Position numbers and translations under genes: made by a program. Of a DNA stretch of 24,124 nucleotides, positions 1 to 7,630 are shown piece after piece; position 1 is the stretch's first letter, and every line of letters starts with the position of its first letter. Below the pieces are notes generated by a model. That model was not told the origin of the DNA. It ran no database searches and saw only the letters and a program-made list of their open reading frames with translations. The stretch is from Candidatus Fraserbacteria bacterium (GTDB lineage: Bacteria; Bipolaricaulota; Bipolaricaulia; RBG-16-55-9). The DNA lies in assembly GCA_037443265.1 (NCBI GenBank), contig JBBIOR010000016.1, positions 16,707-40,830 on the forward strand, given 5' to 3'.

Positions 1-977
1 ATAAGCACTCGTGTCTGCTCTACATCGGCACGGAAGACGGGATGTTCGTCTTTCGAATGAACGAGGAGAAGTTCGAGTTGATTGGCCGAGGTCTAGAAGG
101 GAACGCCGTGCGCGGGATCGCAATTCACCCCAAAGCTTCAAAGATCGCTTATGTCGCTTGTGGGTTGCGTGGCTGGGGGCTTTATAGAACCAAAGACGCC
201 GGACACAGTTGGGAGACGCTGGGCTTCCAAGATCGCTGGGTCTGGGACGTCGTCTTTCACCCTCGTGAACCGAAGACGCTCCTTGTGGGCACCGAGCCCC
301 CGATGCTCTACGTCTCTTACGACCACGGACAAACTTTTCAAGCGTTTGAAGGCATCGAGAAACTCCCCAGTCGCAAAACTTGGACATTCTTCCACGAGCC
401 CTTCTACGCGGGGCACATCCATGGGATCGCGCTCCATGCAGAACGCCCAGAGCGAATTTTCGCAGGCGTGGAGCACGGCGCGCTCATCTACTCCCATGAC
501 CATGGCAAGACGTGGCATGAGGCGCTGGTCGGTCACGATCTCCATCGGATCGCAATAGATCCCACAAATCCGGATCGGGTCTTCGCCGGCACGGGCGAAG
601 GGCTCTTCATCAGTGACGATGCGGGCCGGACTTGGCAAGCTGTTTCTAAGCTCAAAGACAAATACGTGCACGGGATCTGCTTCGACCCGCAAAACGCACC
701 CAGAATTTATGTTTACGTGGCCGAAGGAGGCAGGCCGCTCTATCGCAGCGACGACGGCGGGCGACATTGGGCACCCTTAGGACAAGGCCTGCCAGAAGAC
801 GGCCCGGCCGACAGCTTCAGCGTCCATCCCACTGACCCCAGCGTGCTCTTCTACGGCGGAGAAGTCGGAGCCCGAAGAGGGCAGCTCTTCGTGAGCTGGG
901 ATAGTGGGACGAGCTGGGAACCCTTGCGCGAGGAGCTGCCGAAGATCTGGCGACTGCGAACGGTTGCCTGCAAATAG
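1..977 (+). CDS. BNR/Asp-box repeat beta-propeller protein (WD40/YVTN/BNR-like), 5' truncated by the window
   Basis: Repeated S/T-x-D-x-G-x-T/S-W Asp-boxes (TKDAGHSW, SHDHGKTW, SDDAGRTW, SDDGGRHW, SWDSGTSW). The frame is open upstream of 42 (KHSCLLYIGTEDG), so the true start is probably outside the window. Confidence 0.85.
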   Translation, partial: KHSCLLYIGTEDGMFVFRMNEEKFELIGRGLEGNAVRGIAIHPKASKIAYVACGLRGWGLYRTKDAGHSWETLGFQDRWVWDVVFHPREPKTLLVGTEPPMLYVSYDHGQTFQAFEGIEKLPSRKTWTFFHEPFYAGHIHGIALHAERPERIFAGVEHGALIYSHDHGKTWHEALVGHDLHRIAIDPTNPDRVFAGTGEGLFISDDAGRTWQAVSKLKDKYVHGICFDPQNAPRIYVYVAEGGRPLYRSDDGGRHWAPLGQGLPEDGPADSFSVHPTDPSVLFYGGEVGARRGQLFVSWDSGTSWEPLREELPKIWRLRTVACK

Positions 978-1044
978 GATAGCGGGCGGGCGGGCACGCT
1001 CACGGCGGAGGCCGTGCCCCGGGAGACCGCCGGCGCTTCTCGCC

Positions 1045-1204
1045 CATAAAAGCAAGAGGGGCTTGGCCTGCGGGCAAGCTGCTGAGCAAAAATCCGCGTT
1101 TAGAGGCAGGACACGCGGCAAAACTCTGGCAACTTGCGACCTAGGCTGGGTAAGGAGGGCACCCGGCCTAAGCCACCAAGCCCTCTCCCAGGAGGTTACT
1201 CCTG
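1045..1204 (-). ncRNA. Candidate structured RNA of unknown class (strand uncertain)
   Basis: Closing stem 1056-1066/1176-1187 encloses two long hairpins. Minus-strand TATGAT at 1216-1211 and a UUUU tract at 1051-1048. Confidence 0.45.
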
Positions 1205-1296
1205 TAGGCCATCATACCGGCCTTTGTGTCCAATCGAAGGACCTCTGACGTTCTGAGCAGAGACCTTCACGACCCAGCGGGGTGACTGAGTTCTGG

Positions 1297-1329
1297 GGGG
1301 TTGACAACCCCTGCCAGATGCAAGACAAT
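1297..1329 (+). promoter_or_regulatory. sigma70-like promoter for acyP with a palindrome over the -35 box
   Basis: TTGACA (1301-1306)-17 bp-GACAAT (1324-1329); GGGGTTG-A-CAACCCC inverted repeat at 1297-1311. Confidence 0.5.
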
Positions 1330-1341
1330 ACGGCAGTTTCC

Positions 1342-1620
1342 ATGAAGCGGCGTGCACGAGTGCTCATCGGCGGCCAAGTTCAAGGGGTCTTCTTCCGGGC
1401 CCACACGCAGCGGAAGGCCCGCGAGCTCGGCTTGACAGGCTGGGTGAGAAATCGGCCCGACGGCTGCGTAGAGGCGGTCTTCGAGGGGGAAGAGGAAGCG
1501 ATCCAGCAAGCGATCGCCTGGTGCCACCGCGGCCCCAGCGAAGCCCGGGTGGAACGCGTCGAGGTCGAGTGGCAAGACAGTCAAGGCGATCTTGAGGGTT
1601 TTTACATCCGCCGCGAATGA
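1342..1620 (+). CDS. acyP: Acylphosphatase
   Basis: GQVQGVFFR and GLTGWVRNRPDGCVE motifs. Start moved to ATG 1342, downstream of the promoter. Confidence 0.93.
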   Translation: MKRRARVLIGGQVQGVFFRAHTQRKARELGLTGWVRNRPDGCVEAVFEGEEEAIQQAIAWCHRGPSEARVERVEVEWQDSQGDLEGFYIRRE

Positions 1621-2453
1621 AGGGAGAGAGCGTGCCTGAGGGACAAGCGTTTTCTTTTGGGCGATTCGCACGCCAGTCGTTCTATCAGGCGGTGAACGCT
1701 CGTTTGGTGGATCTGGTCAGCCTTTCTCCTGGGGTTCGTGTGCTCGATTTGGCCTGCGGGACCGGAGCCGTCACGAAGCTCATCCTCGAAAAACTTGAGG
1801 GAGTCCGCCAGAGCTGGGTGATCGCCATGGATACCTCGGCGCAGGCCTTAGAGCTGGCCCGCCAGGAGCTTGCACATATCAAAACGGCCACCGTAAAGTT
1901 CATGCAGGGTCGTGCGGAAGAACTCTCTCAGAAGCTCAAAGAGACTGTAGATGCTGTGATTTTGTGCAATGCCATCCACCTGATGGAGGAGAAGGAGCGC
2001 GTGCTCAGCGAAGTTAAACGCATCTTAAATCCCAGAGGGGTCTTTGCGTTTAACACCACCTTCTTTGCGGGAGCGCAGCCTCCGGAGACGGAGCAGTTCT
2101 ACCGCCGCTGGATGATGCGCGCCATTCGATTATTGAAGAGCCATCACAGCCTCCAGCCTACGCGGGAGAAGGTGAGCGCCCGCCGCCAGCTCACCGCAGA
2201 ACAGTACGAAGAGTTGCTCCGCCGACAGGGCTTTGTGATTCGTCAGGAGCAACTCGACCCTGTGGGAGTCCCCCTCGAAGGCTGGCTTGGCATTAGCGAA
2301 TTCCGCGACTTCATTCAGGGGGCGCTCCCTGGCGTGCCGCTCAAAGAAGCCTGTCAAGCGCTCCAGGAGGCCGTAACGCAGGTCTTCCAGGAGCTGGAGC
2401 TTGAAGCCGTCCCACGCCTGTGGCTTCAGGTCGTCGCGGTGCGGCCGTGTTAG
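1617..2453 (+). CDS. Class I SAM-dependent methyltransferase
   Basis: VLDLACGTG motif I and RILNPRGVF; ATGA overlap with the acyP stop. Confidence 0.88.
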   Translation: MKGESVPEGQAFSFGRFARQSFYQAVNARLVDLVSLSPGVRVLDLACGTGAVTKLILEKLEGVRQSWVIAMDTSAQALELARQELAHIKTATVKFMQGRAEELSQKLKETVDAVILCNAIHLMEEKERVLSEVKRILNPRGVFAFNTTFFAGAQPPETEQFYRRWMMRAIRLLKSHHSLQPTREKVSARRQLTAEQYEELLRRQGFVIRQEQLDPVGVPLEGWLGISEFRDFIQGALPGVPLKEACQALQEAVTQVFQELELEAVPRLWLQVVAVRPC

Positions 2454-2731
2454 CGCCGCTTGGCGAGCGCCTCCTTGAGCTGCTTGCCCGCGCGGAACTT
2501 GGGTACCAACTTGGCGGGCACCATCATCTTGCGCCCGGTCTGCGGGTTCATCCGCTGGGTGGCCTTCTGCTGTCGGGCCTCAAAGGTGCCGAAGCCGGTG
2601 AGCGTCACTTTCTCTCTCCTCTTGACCCGGTCGACGATCAGGCTGATCGCCGAATCGACCACCGCTCGCGCGTCCTTCTTGGAGAGCTTGGCCTTCTTGG
2701 CCAATCTCTCGATGAACTCCTGCTTAGTCAT
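2450..2731 (-). CDS. hup: DNA-binding protein HU
   Basis: MTKQEFI...GFGTF...NPQTG...PKFRAGKQLK HU signature. Confidence 0.95.
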   Translation of the reverse strand: MTKQEFIERLAKKAKLSKKDARAVVDSAISLIVDRVKRREKVTLTGFGTFEARQQKATQRMNPQTGRKMMVPAKLVPKFRAGKQLKEALAKRR

Positions 2732-2764
2732 CTCTATCCCCCCGCTTTAATAAGATTGATGCGA

Positions 2765-2794
2765 ATTATACACTCAAGCTGGTGGGAAAGTCAA
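2765..2794 (-). promoter_or_regulatory. Near-consensus sigma70 promoter for hup
   Basis: TTGACT (2794-2789)-18 bp-TATAAT (2770-2765). Confidence 0.75.
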
Positions 2795-2823
2795 GACCCC
2801 CAGCGGACTCTCTTGACCCAGTG

Positions 2824-2832
2824 TGCTATAAT
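2824..2832 (+). promoter_or_regulatory. Extended -10 promoter for the small basic ORF
   Basis: TG-C-TATAAT, followed by the SD GGAGGTG just upstream of ATG 2884. Confidence 0.65.
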
Positions 2833-2883
2833 CCTTGAAGGAAACGAGAGAAGAACCCAATCGGAGCCGGGAGGTGTGAGTCG

Positions 2884-2997
2884 ATGGCCCGAAGTGGCGC
2901 CCGCAAGCGCACCAAGATGAAGAAGCGCCGCAAGGAGCGCAAGATGGGCAAAAAGAAGGGCAAGCGCGGCACGAGCCAGCCCCAATCCCCTAGCTAA
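2884..2997 (+). CDS. Small Lys/Arg-rich protein (37 aa), not in the ORF track
   Basis: MARSGARKRTKMKKRRKERKMGKKKGKRGTSQPQSPS*; strong SD, its own extended -10, and AAG/CGC-rich codons. Confidence 0.8.
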   Translation: MARSGARKRTKMKKRRKERKMGKKKGKRGTSQPQSPS

Positions 2998-3524
2998 CGA
3001 GTTCGATAGATCTCCGGACGGATTCGGGGAAGAAGCGCCATCAGAACGGCCTGTTCTGTGAGCTGAGTGCGATCCATAAGGCCCTTAGAAAGATGGCCAA
3101 TGGCTCCTAGGCGATGGCCGATCCTTTCAATGCCGGTCTGCTGGCTCATGATCTCCCCCACGGTCTGGCCTGCCCGCACGGCCTGGATCACCCAGTCAGG
3201 GTAGACAAACCCCGGCCCATGGCCCACCGTAATCTGACCCTCTGGGTCGATCACAGCACAGAACTGCACGTCAAAATAGACGCCCAGCGTCTCGTTCCAG
3301 ATGAGGCCGGCCTCGATGCCGACCCCAAAATCCGCCTCTTTCAGCGCGGCCTTCGCCCGAGCCATCGCGCCCCGGCAGACCTCTGCGCCCAGCGGCTGAG
3401 CCGGAATCTCCAGGGAGACTTCCACGAGCTTCACTTCCAGCGGAGCACAGGGAAAGACGCGGGCAAAGACCCTTCGCACGGCCTCTTGCTTGACAGGATT
3501 CGACGAGCCCACGTGAACGCGCAT
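2994..3524 (-). CDS. yjjX: Inosine/xanthosine triphosphatase (YjjX/DUF84)
   Basis: VGSSNPVK, QP, GVGIEAG and GAIGHLSKGLMDR motifs; SD GGAGG. Confidence 0.9.
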   Translation of the reverse strand: MRVHVGSSNPVKQEAVRRVFARVFPCAPLEVKLVEVSLEIPAQPLGAEVCRGAMARAKAALKEADFGVGIEAGLIWNETLGVYFDVQFCAVIDPEGQITVGHGPGFVYPDWVIQAVRAGQTVGEIMSQQTGIERIGHRLGAIGHLSKGLMDRTQLTEQAVLMALLPRIRPEIYRTR

Positions 3525-3615
3525 ATCCCTCCATCATGGCCGAGGCACGCAGAACCTTCAAGAAGAATTTGTGGGAAGACCCCCGAGGATCTAGAATGCA
3601 CAGGGGTGATTGGTT

Positions 3616-4068
3616 GTGACGACGGTGGCCACCAATCGCACGGCCCGCCGCGACTATCAGATTGAAGAGACGCTTGAGGCAGGGCTGGTGCTCACCGGCA
3701 CGGAAGTAAAGAGCCTGCGCCGCGGCAGCTGCTCCCTCAAAGACGGCTTCGCCCTCGTGCGCGACGGCGAAGTCTTTCTGCTCAACGTCTACATCGCGCC
3801 CTACAAAGAAGGCCATCGCTACAATCACGATCCCTTGCGCGTGCGCAAGCTGCTCCTCAAGAAGAGCGAGATCGCCCGCCTCACGGGAAAGACCCAGCAA
3901 CGCGGCTACACGCTCATCCCCTTGAGAATCTATTTTAAGAAAGGCTACGCCAAGGTCGAGCTGGCGGTGGCCAAGGGGCTGGCAAGATTCGACAAGCGCG
4001 CAAAGCTCAAGCGCCAAGAGCAAGAGCGCGAGATCCAAAAAGCCCTCAAGGAATACCAACGGCGTTAA
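3616..4068 (+). CDS. smpB: SsrA-binding protein SmpB
   Basis: NRTARRDY, EAGLVLTGTEVKSLR and RKLLL motifs. GTG 3616 lies 6 nt after AGGGGTGA; the track's TTG 3610 abuts that SD. Confidence 0.96.
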   Translation: MTTVATNRTARRDYQIEETLEAGLVLTGTEVKSLRRGSCSLKDGFALVRDGEVFLLNVYIAPYKEGHRYNHDPLRVRKLLLKKSEIARLTGKTQQRGYTLIPLRIYFKKGYAKVELAVAKGLARFDKRAKLKRQEQEREIQKALKEYQRR

Positions 4069-4070
4069 GC

Positions 4071-4265
4071 TCATCCAAAACGGCCTCCAAAGGGGCCAAA
4101 GCCTCTCCCGTGGAAGCCCCCTCGAAGAGCAGTGAGGCGCGAACGGCGAGATCTCCCATGGCCAGAGGAGGACTCCTCGCCCAAAAGCCGTCTGCGGCTC
4201 GATCTCCACAGGAGCCAGACGCCTAAGGCGGCCAGGATCAAGAGCGCGACCGGGAGATTTTCCAT
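4071..4265 (-). CDS. Small membrane protein, one TM helix plus Arg/Ser- and Gly/Phe-rich tail (64 aa)
   Basis: LPVALLILAALGVWLLW then RGGFHGRGFGPFGGRFG; AGGAG SD; overlaps the upstream gene end and fills the gap to smpB. Confidence 0.6.
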   Translation of the reverse strand: MENLPVALLILAALGVWLLWRSSRRRLLGEESSSGHGRSRRSRLTALRGGFHGRGFGPFGGRFG

Positions 4266-4996
4266 TCTGACAGCTCCTGTGCCCGCCCTGACAATTCTTC
4301 CACCTCACGGAGAAGACGCTCAAAGAGCGTTTCCAGTTCCTTGCGCTCCAGACGCTTCAGGCCCGTCCGAACTTGATAGGCGTCGCGCAGTCCCCAAAGC
4401 TCCAACCCGAGACGTTCTTCAATTTGAGTCACGACTTCCAAGAACTCCCGCGGCGGAGGGTGTTTCTCATCGCGGAGGCGTAGCATGGCACGCATGAGCG
4501 CCCCCAGCGGGCTGACCACCTGGCCGAGGACCTCCTCCAATCGTCGCGCATCACCTGAGATCTCCAGATACAGCGAGCGCATCAGAAGTAGCTTTCCCAA
4601 TAGCTCGCCGATGAGCTGGCTGCGGATCTTCTCTGTGGAGATCTTTAAATCCGCGAAGACATCTTCGCCATGCAACAGGCGATGCTGCTCCTTAAGCTCC
4701 AAAAGCTCAATAGGGTAGGACTCGGCCAGAGCTTTCAGCTGATCTGTGGCCAAAAAGAGCGGCGCTAGTCTTCCTCGCTGAAAGCGCTTCAGGGAATGGG
4801 TGAGCTGCCGCAGCTGCTGAGGAGTCACTCCCTTGAGGACCACCAGCACGTTCACATCCGAGATGCCAGGGAGGAAATACAAGCCCGCGGCGCTCCCATA
4901 GAGGACCACGGCCCGCAAGTCATCGCCGAAGACCTCCTCCATCTGTTGGGAGAAATCTTCCAGCATGCGCCTTGTGCGCTCGTCGATGCGCGCCAT
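4238..4996 (-). CDS. Pol-beta-superfamily nucleotidyltransferase domain protein
   Basis: VVLYGSAA...SDVNVLVV motif. Start is 4996 or 5014. Confidence 0.8.
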   Translation of the reverse strand: MARIDERTRRMLEDFSQQMEEVFGDDLRAVVLYGSAAGLYFLPGISDVNVLVVLKGVTPQQLRQLTHSLKRFQRGRLAPLFLATDQLKALAESYPIELLELKEQHRLLHGEDVFADLKISTEKIRSQLIGELLGKLLLMRSLYLEISGDARRLEEVLGQVVSPLGALMRAMLRLRDEKHPPPREFLEVVTQIEERLGLELWGLRDAYQVRTGLKRLERKELETLFERLLREVEELSGRAQELSEWKISRSRS

Positions 4997-5048
4997 CGTT
5001 CGTTGTCCATACATTTGTAGTCCCAGAGCGCGGAAGAAGCAAACTCCG

Positions 5049-5077
5049 TTGCATCGCTTGGGGCTTTCTGTTAGCTT
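5049..5077 (+). promoter_or_regulatory. Promoter for mdh
   Basis: TTGCAT-17 bp-TAGCTT with an upstream TG; GGAGG SD before GTG 5111. Confidence 0.5.
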
Positions 5078-5110
5078 ATACAGTCCAGACGTGCAGCGGA
5101 GGCGATCCTC

Positions 5111-6046
5111 GTGAGAAGGAAAGTGACTGTCGTAGGAGCCGGCTTTGTGGGAGCCACGACCGCCCAGCGCATTGCAGAGAAGAATCTCGCAGACGTCGTG
5201 ATGGTGGACATCCCCCAGAAAGAAGGCCCCACCAAGGGCAAAGCGCTAGACATGCTGGAGTCCGCGCCCATCGTAGGCTTTGATGCAGGCATCACCGGCA
5301 CAAGCGACTACCAACAGATGAGAGATTCAGAGATCGTGGTGATGACGGCAGGTGTGCCACGCAAGCCCGGCATGACTAGAGAAGACCTGATCAACATCAA
5401 CACGAAGATCGTGCGGGAGGTCACGGCACAGATCGTAAAATATGCGCCCAAGGCGATCGTGATCGTGGTGACCAATCCCCTCGATGCCATGGTCTACGCG
5501 GCCTATAAGCTGAGCGGCTTCCCGCGCGAGCGGGTGATCGGGCAATCCGGAGCGCTGGACTCCACACGCTTCCGCACGTTCATCGCGCTAGAGTTGGGGG
5601 TCTCGATGCAGGACGTCCAGGCGCTCGTAATCGGAGGGCACACCGATGTGGGCATGGTCCCTCTGGCCAGCCATGCCAGTGTGGCTGGCATCCCCTTAAG
5701 AGACCTCTTGAGCAAAGAGCGCATTCAAAAGATCCTTGAGCGCACGCGCAAAGGAGGCACAGAGATTGTCGAACTTCTAGGTGAAGGGAGCGCGTACTAT
5801 GCCCCTTCGGCCGGTATAGCCCAAATGGTCGAGGCGATTCTGCTGGATCAGAGGCGCGTCATCCCCAGCGCCGTCCATCTTCAGGGCGAATACGGCCTCA
5901 AAGATCTCTTCTTGGGTGTCCCGGTGGTGCTGGGAGAGGGAGGTGTCGAAAGGATCATTGAACTAAAGCTTTCGCATGAAGAGCAAGAGCTATTCCAAAA
6001 ATCGGCAGAGCTTGTGCGCCAGACGATCGCCCAATTGCCGCTCTAA
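5111..6046 (+). CDS. mdh: Malate dehydrogenase (LDH-like)
   Basis: [32 protein letters not shown] and LDSTRFR motifs. Confidence 0.95.
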   Translation: MRRKVTVVGAGFVGATTAQRIAEKNLADVVMVDIPQKEGPTKGKALDMLESAPIVGFDAGITGTSDYQQMRDSEIVVMTAGVPRKPGMTREDLININTKIVREVTAQIVKYAPKAIVIVVTNPLDAMVYAAYKLSGFPRERVIGQSGALDSTRFRTFIALELGVSMQDVQALVIGGHTDVGMVPLASHASVAGIPLRDLLSKERIQKILERTRKGGTEIVELLGEGSAYYAPSAGIAQMVEAILLDQRRVIPSAVHLQGEYGLKDLFLGVPVVLGEGGVERIIELKLSHEEQELFQKSAELVRQTIAQLPL

Positions 6047-7224
6047 TACACGACCCGCTTGAACTCGGCGCGTAGCTGCAGCCCTTCTTCGAGGGCCCTT
6101 CGGATCATCTGGCGGCCAAATGTCATATAAATGGCCGGAAAGCCCGTAAACTCCTGATTCTGGCGATAGACGATCAGAGGCTTATACCCCTCGGTGCTCA
6201 GGATGAGCATATCGCTCCTCTCCTCGATCCCTAGCCACTCCGCTTGGGCGTCGGCATGCACGGGCGCATAGCTCTTCCAGACTCGGCCACCGAGATGGGG
6301 CATCTGCGGAGCCGTAGCGGTCGCTAAGATCACCAGCGGCATTGTAGGCACCACCTCGAAGTTCCTAAGGGCGTCAAAGATCCGAGCCAGGGAGATGCGC
6401 TTCTCTCGGGTTTCGTCATAGCGGAAGACGAATTCTCCGTCTTCGAAGCGCGCCGGCTGGCGGCTCCCCCGCGCGTCTACTCCTTCCACCAGGAACGTGT
6501 ACTCGACATAGCGGTCGCGATGGGCGGGCACCGGCATCTCCCAAAATGGGAAGCCTTGATGATATAAGAACTCCAGCACATCGGCCAAGGGGCGCGTGAG
6601 ACTCTGTGAGAAAGGACGCTCCGGCACAATCCTAAGATCGATCAGCTTAAAAAAATCCCGACGAATCGCGATGATTCGATCCGCCACGCGCCCAGAGCCG
6701 CTGTGTTTGCGATAGATGGCGTCGATCTCGTCATAGCGTGCCCGAAATTCTTCGATCTTCTGCTCCGGCGCGCTCTTGATGCGATTCTGCCCGTCTTTGA
6801 TGACAGCACCCGGGTCGTAACTGAAGGCCTCCTGCAAGTGAATGATCCGCTCGGGGTCAAGCAGCCGGGGATTTACGATCACGTACTGCACGCGATAGCC
6901 CTTGGGAGCATCGTGACCCGGGTGGATGTTGTCATAAGCGACATTGCGAATCTCGTCGTCTTTGAGGCCCGCGCGCTCGGCGATCTTCTTCAGCACATAA
7001 TTGCCGTAGACTTCATCGATGGGCAGATTCAAATTGAGATGGGAGAAGGTCGAGATCAGCTTCACGCCCTCGAAGATGCCCTGAAGTTGGGGAAAGCGCA
7101 GCTTTCTCGCTTGAGCGGCTTCTTGGATGAGGCGGGCGTTCTTCGCAATGACGGCTTCAATATCCAGGCGATCCGTGGCCGGAACGGTTGCTTGGGGCTC
7201 CTCCAGTCTACATCCATGGCCCAT
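6043..7224 (-). CDS. Hypothetical protein (393 aa)
   Basis: Long ORF with globular-protein composition that fills the mdh-rpsT gap; no family recognised with confidence. Confidence 0.8.
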   Translation of the reverse strand: MGHGCRLEEPQATVPATDRLDIEAVIAKNARLIQEAAQARKLRFPQLQGIFEGVKLISTFSHLNLNLPIDEVYGNYVLKKIAERAGLKDDEIRNVAYDNIHPGHDAPKGYRVQYVIVNPRLLDPERIIHLQEAFSYDPGAVIKDGQNRIKSAPEQKIEEFRARYDEIDAIYRKHSGSGRVADRIIAIRRDFFKLIDLRIVPERPFSQSLTRPLADVLEFLYHQGFPFWEMPVPAHRDRYVEYTFLVEGVDARGSRQPARFEDGEFVFRYDETREKRISLARIFDALRNFEVVPTMPLVILATATAPQMPHLGGRVWKSYAPVHADAQAEWLGIEERSDMLILSTEGYKPLIVYRQNQEFTGFPAIYMTFGRQMIRRALEEGLQLRAEFKRVVY

Positions 7225-7303
7225 GAGCTGTCACCACACTTGCCTGTTGGATCTTTAAGGGTAGCAGAGCGCTCACGCTAAAACAAGCGGGATGTGGGTC
7301 TCC

Positions 7304-7332
7304 TTGAAGATGCCTGACAGGTCCGCTATGAT
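7304..7332 (+). promoter_or_regulatory. Promoter for rpsT-recJ
   Basis: TTGAAG-17 bp-TATGAT. Confidence 0.65.
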
Positions 7333-7344
7333 ACCCCAGGGGTG

Positions 7345-7614
7345 ATGAGTATTCCCAACACGAAATCAGCCAAGAAGGCGTTGAGACAGAACTTGAGAAG
7401 GCGCGAGCGCAATCTCAAGCGCAAGGAGGCGCTCAAGCAGGCCCTTAAGCAGTTTAGGCACGCTATAATGGCCGGGGACAAGACGAAGGCCGAACAGCTC
7501 GTTCCCCAGCTGATGAAGGCCGCGGACAAGGCGGCTCAGCGCCGGGTCATTCATCCCAATAAGGCGGCCCGCCTCAAGTCCCGCCTGATGAGGCGCCTCC
7601 ACGCCTTGGCTTAA
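7345..7614 (+). CDS. rpsT: 30S ribosomal protein S20 (start ATG 7345 or ATT 7351)
   Basis: PNTKSAKK...DKAA...IHPNKAARLKSRL. Confidence 0.96.
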   Translation: MSIPNTKSAKKALRQNLRRRERNLKRKEALKQALKQFRHAIMAGDKTKAEQLVPQLMKAADKAAQRRVIHPNKAARLKSRLMRRLHALA

Positions 7615-7630
7615 TAGGCGCTTAGAGTTC

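Noticed and set aside
1050..1200. c-di-GMP-I or fluoride riboswitch, or retron msr-msd
   Set aside because: Only scattered sub-motifs (GGCAAA, CCGGCCTAAG, TGATGGCCTAC) without the right order or spacing; no reverse transcriptase in the window.
3271..4323. 350-aa minus-strand ORF and other long shadow ORFs (e.g. 19822-20565, 6703-7281, 138-767)
   Set aside because: Antisense or off-frame shadows of well-supported genes, as expected in GC-rich DNA.
4238..4996. MNT-HEPN toxin-antitoxin or CBASS defence system
   Set aside because: No HEPN partner or effector gene nearby, the DxD is degenerate, and the context is housekeeping.
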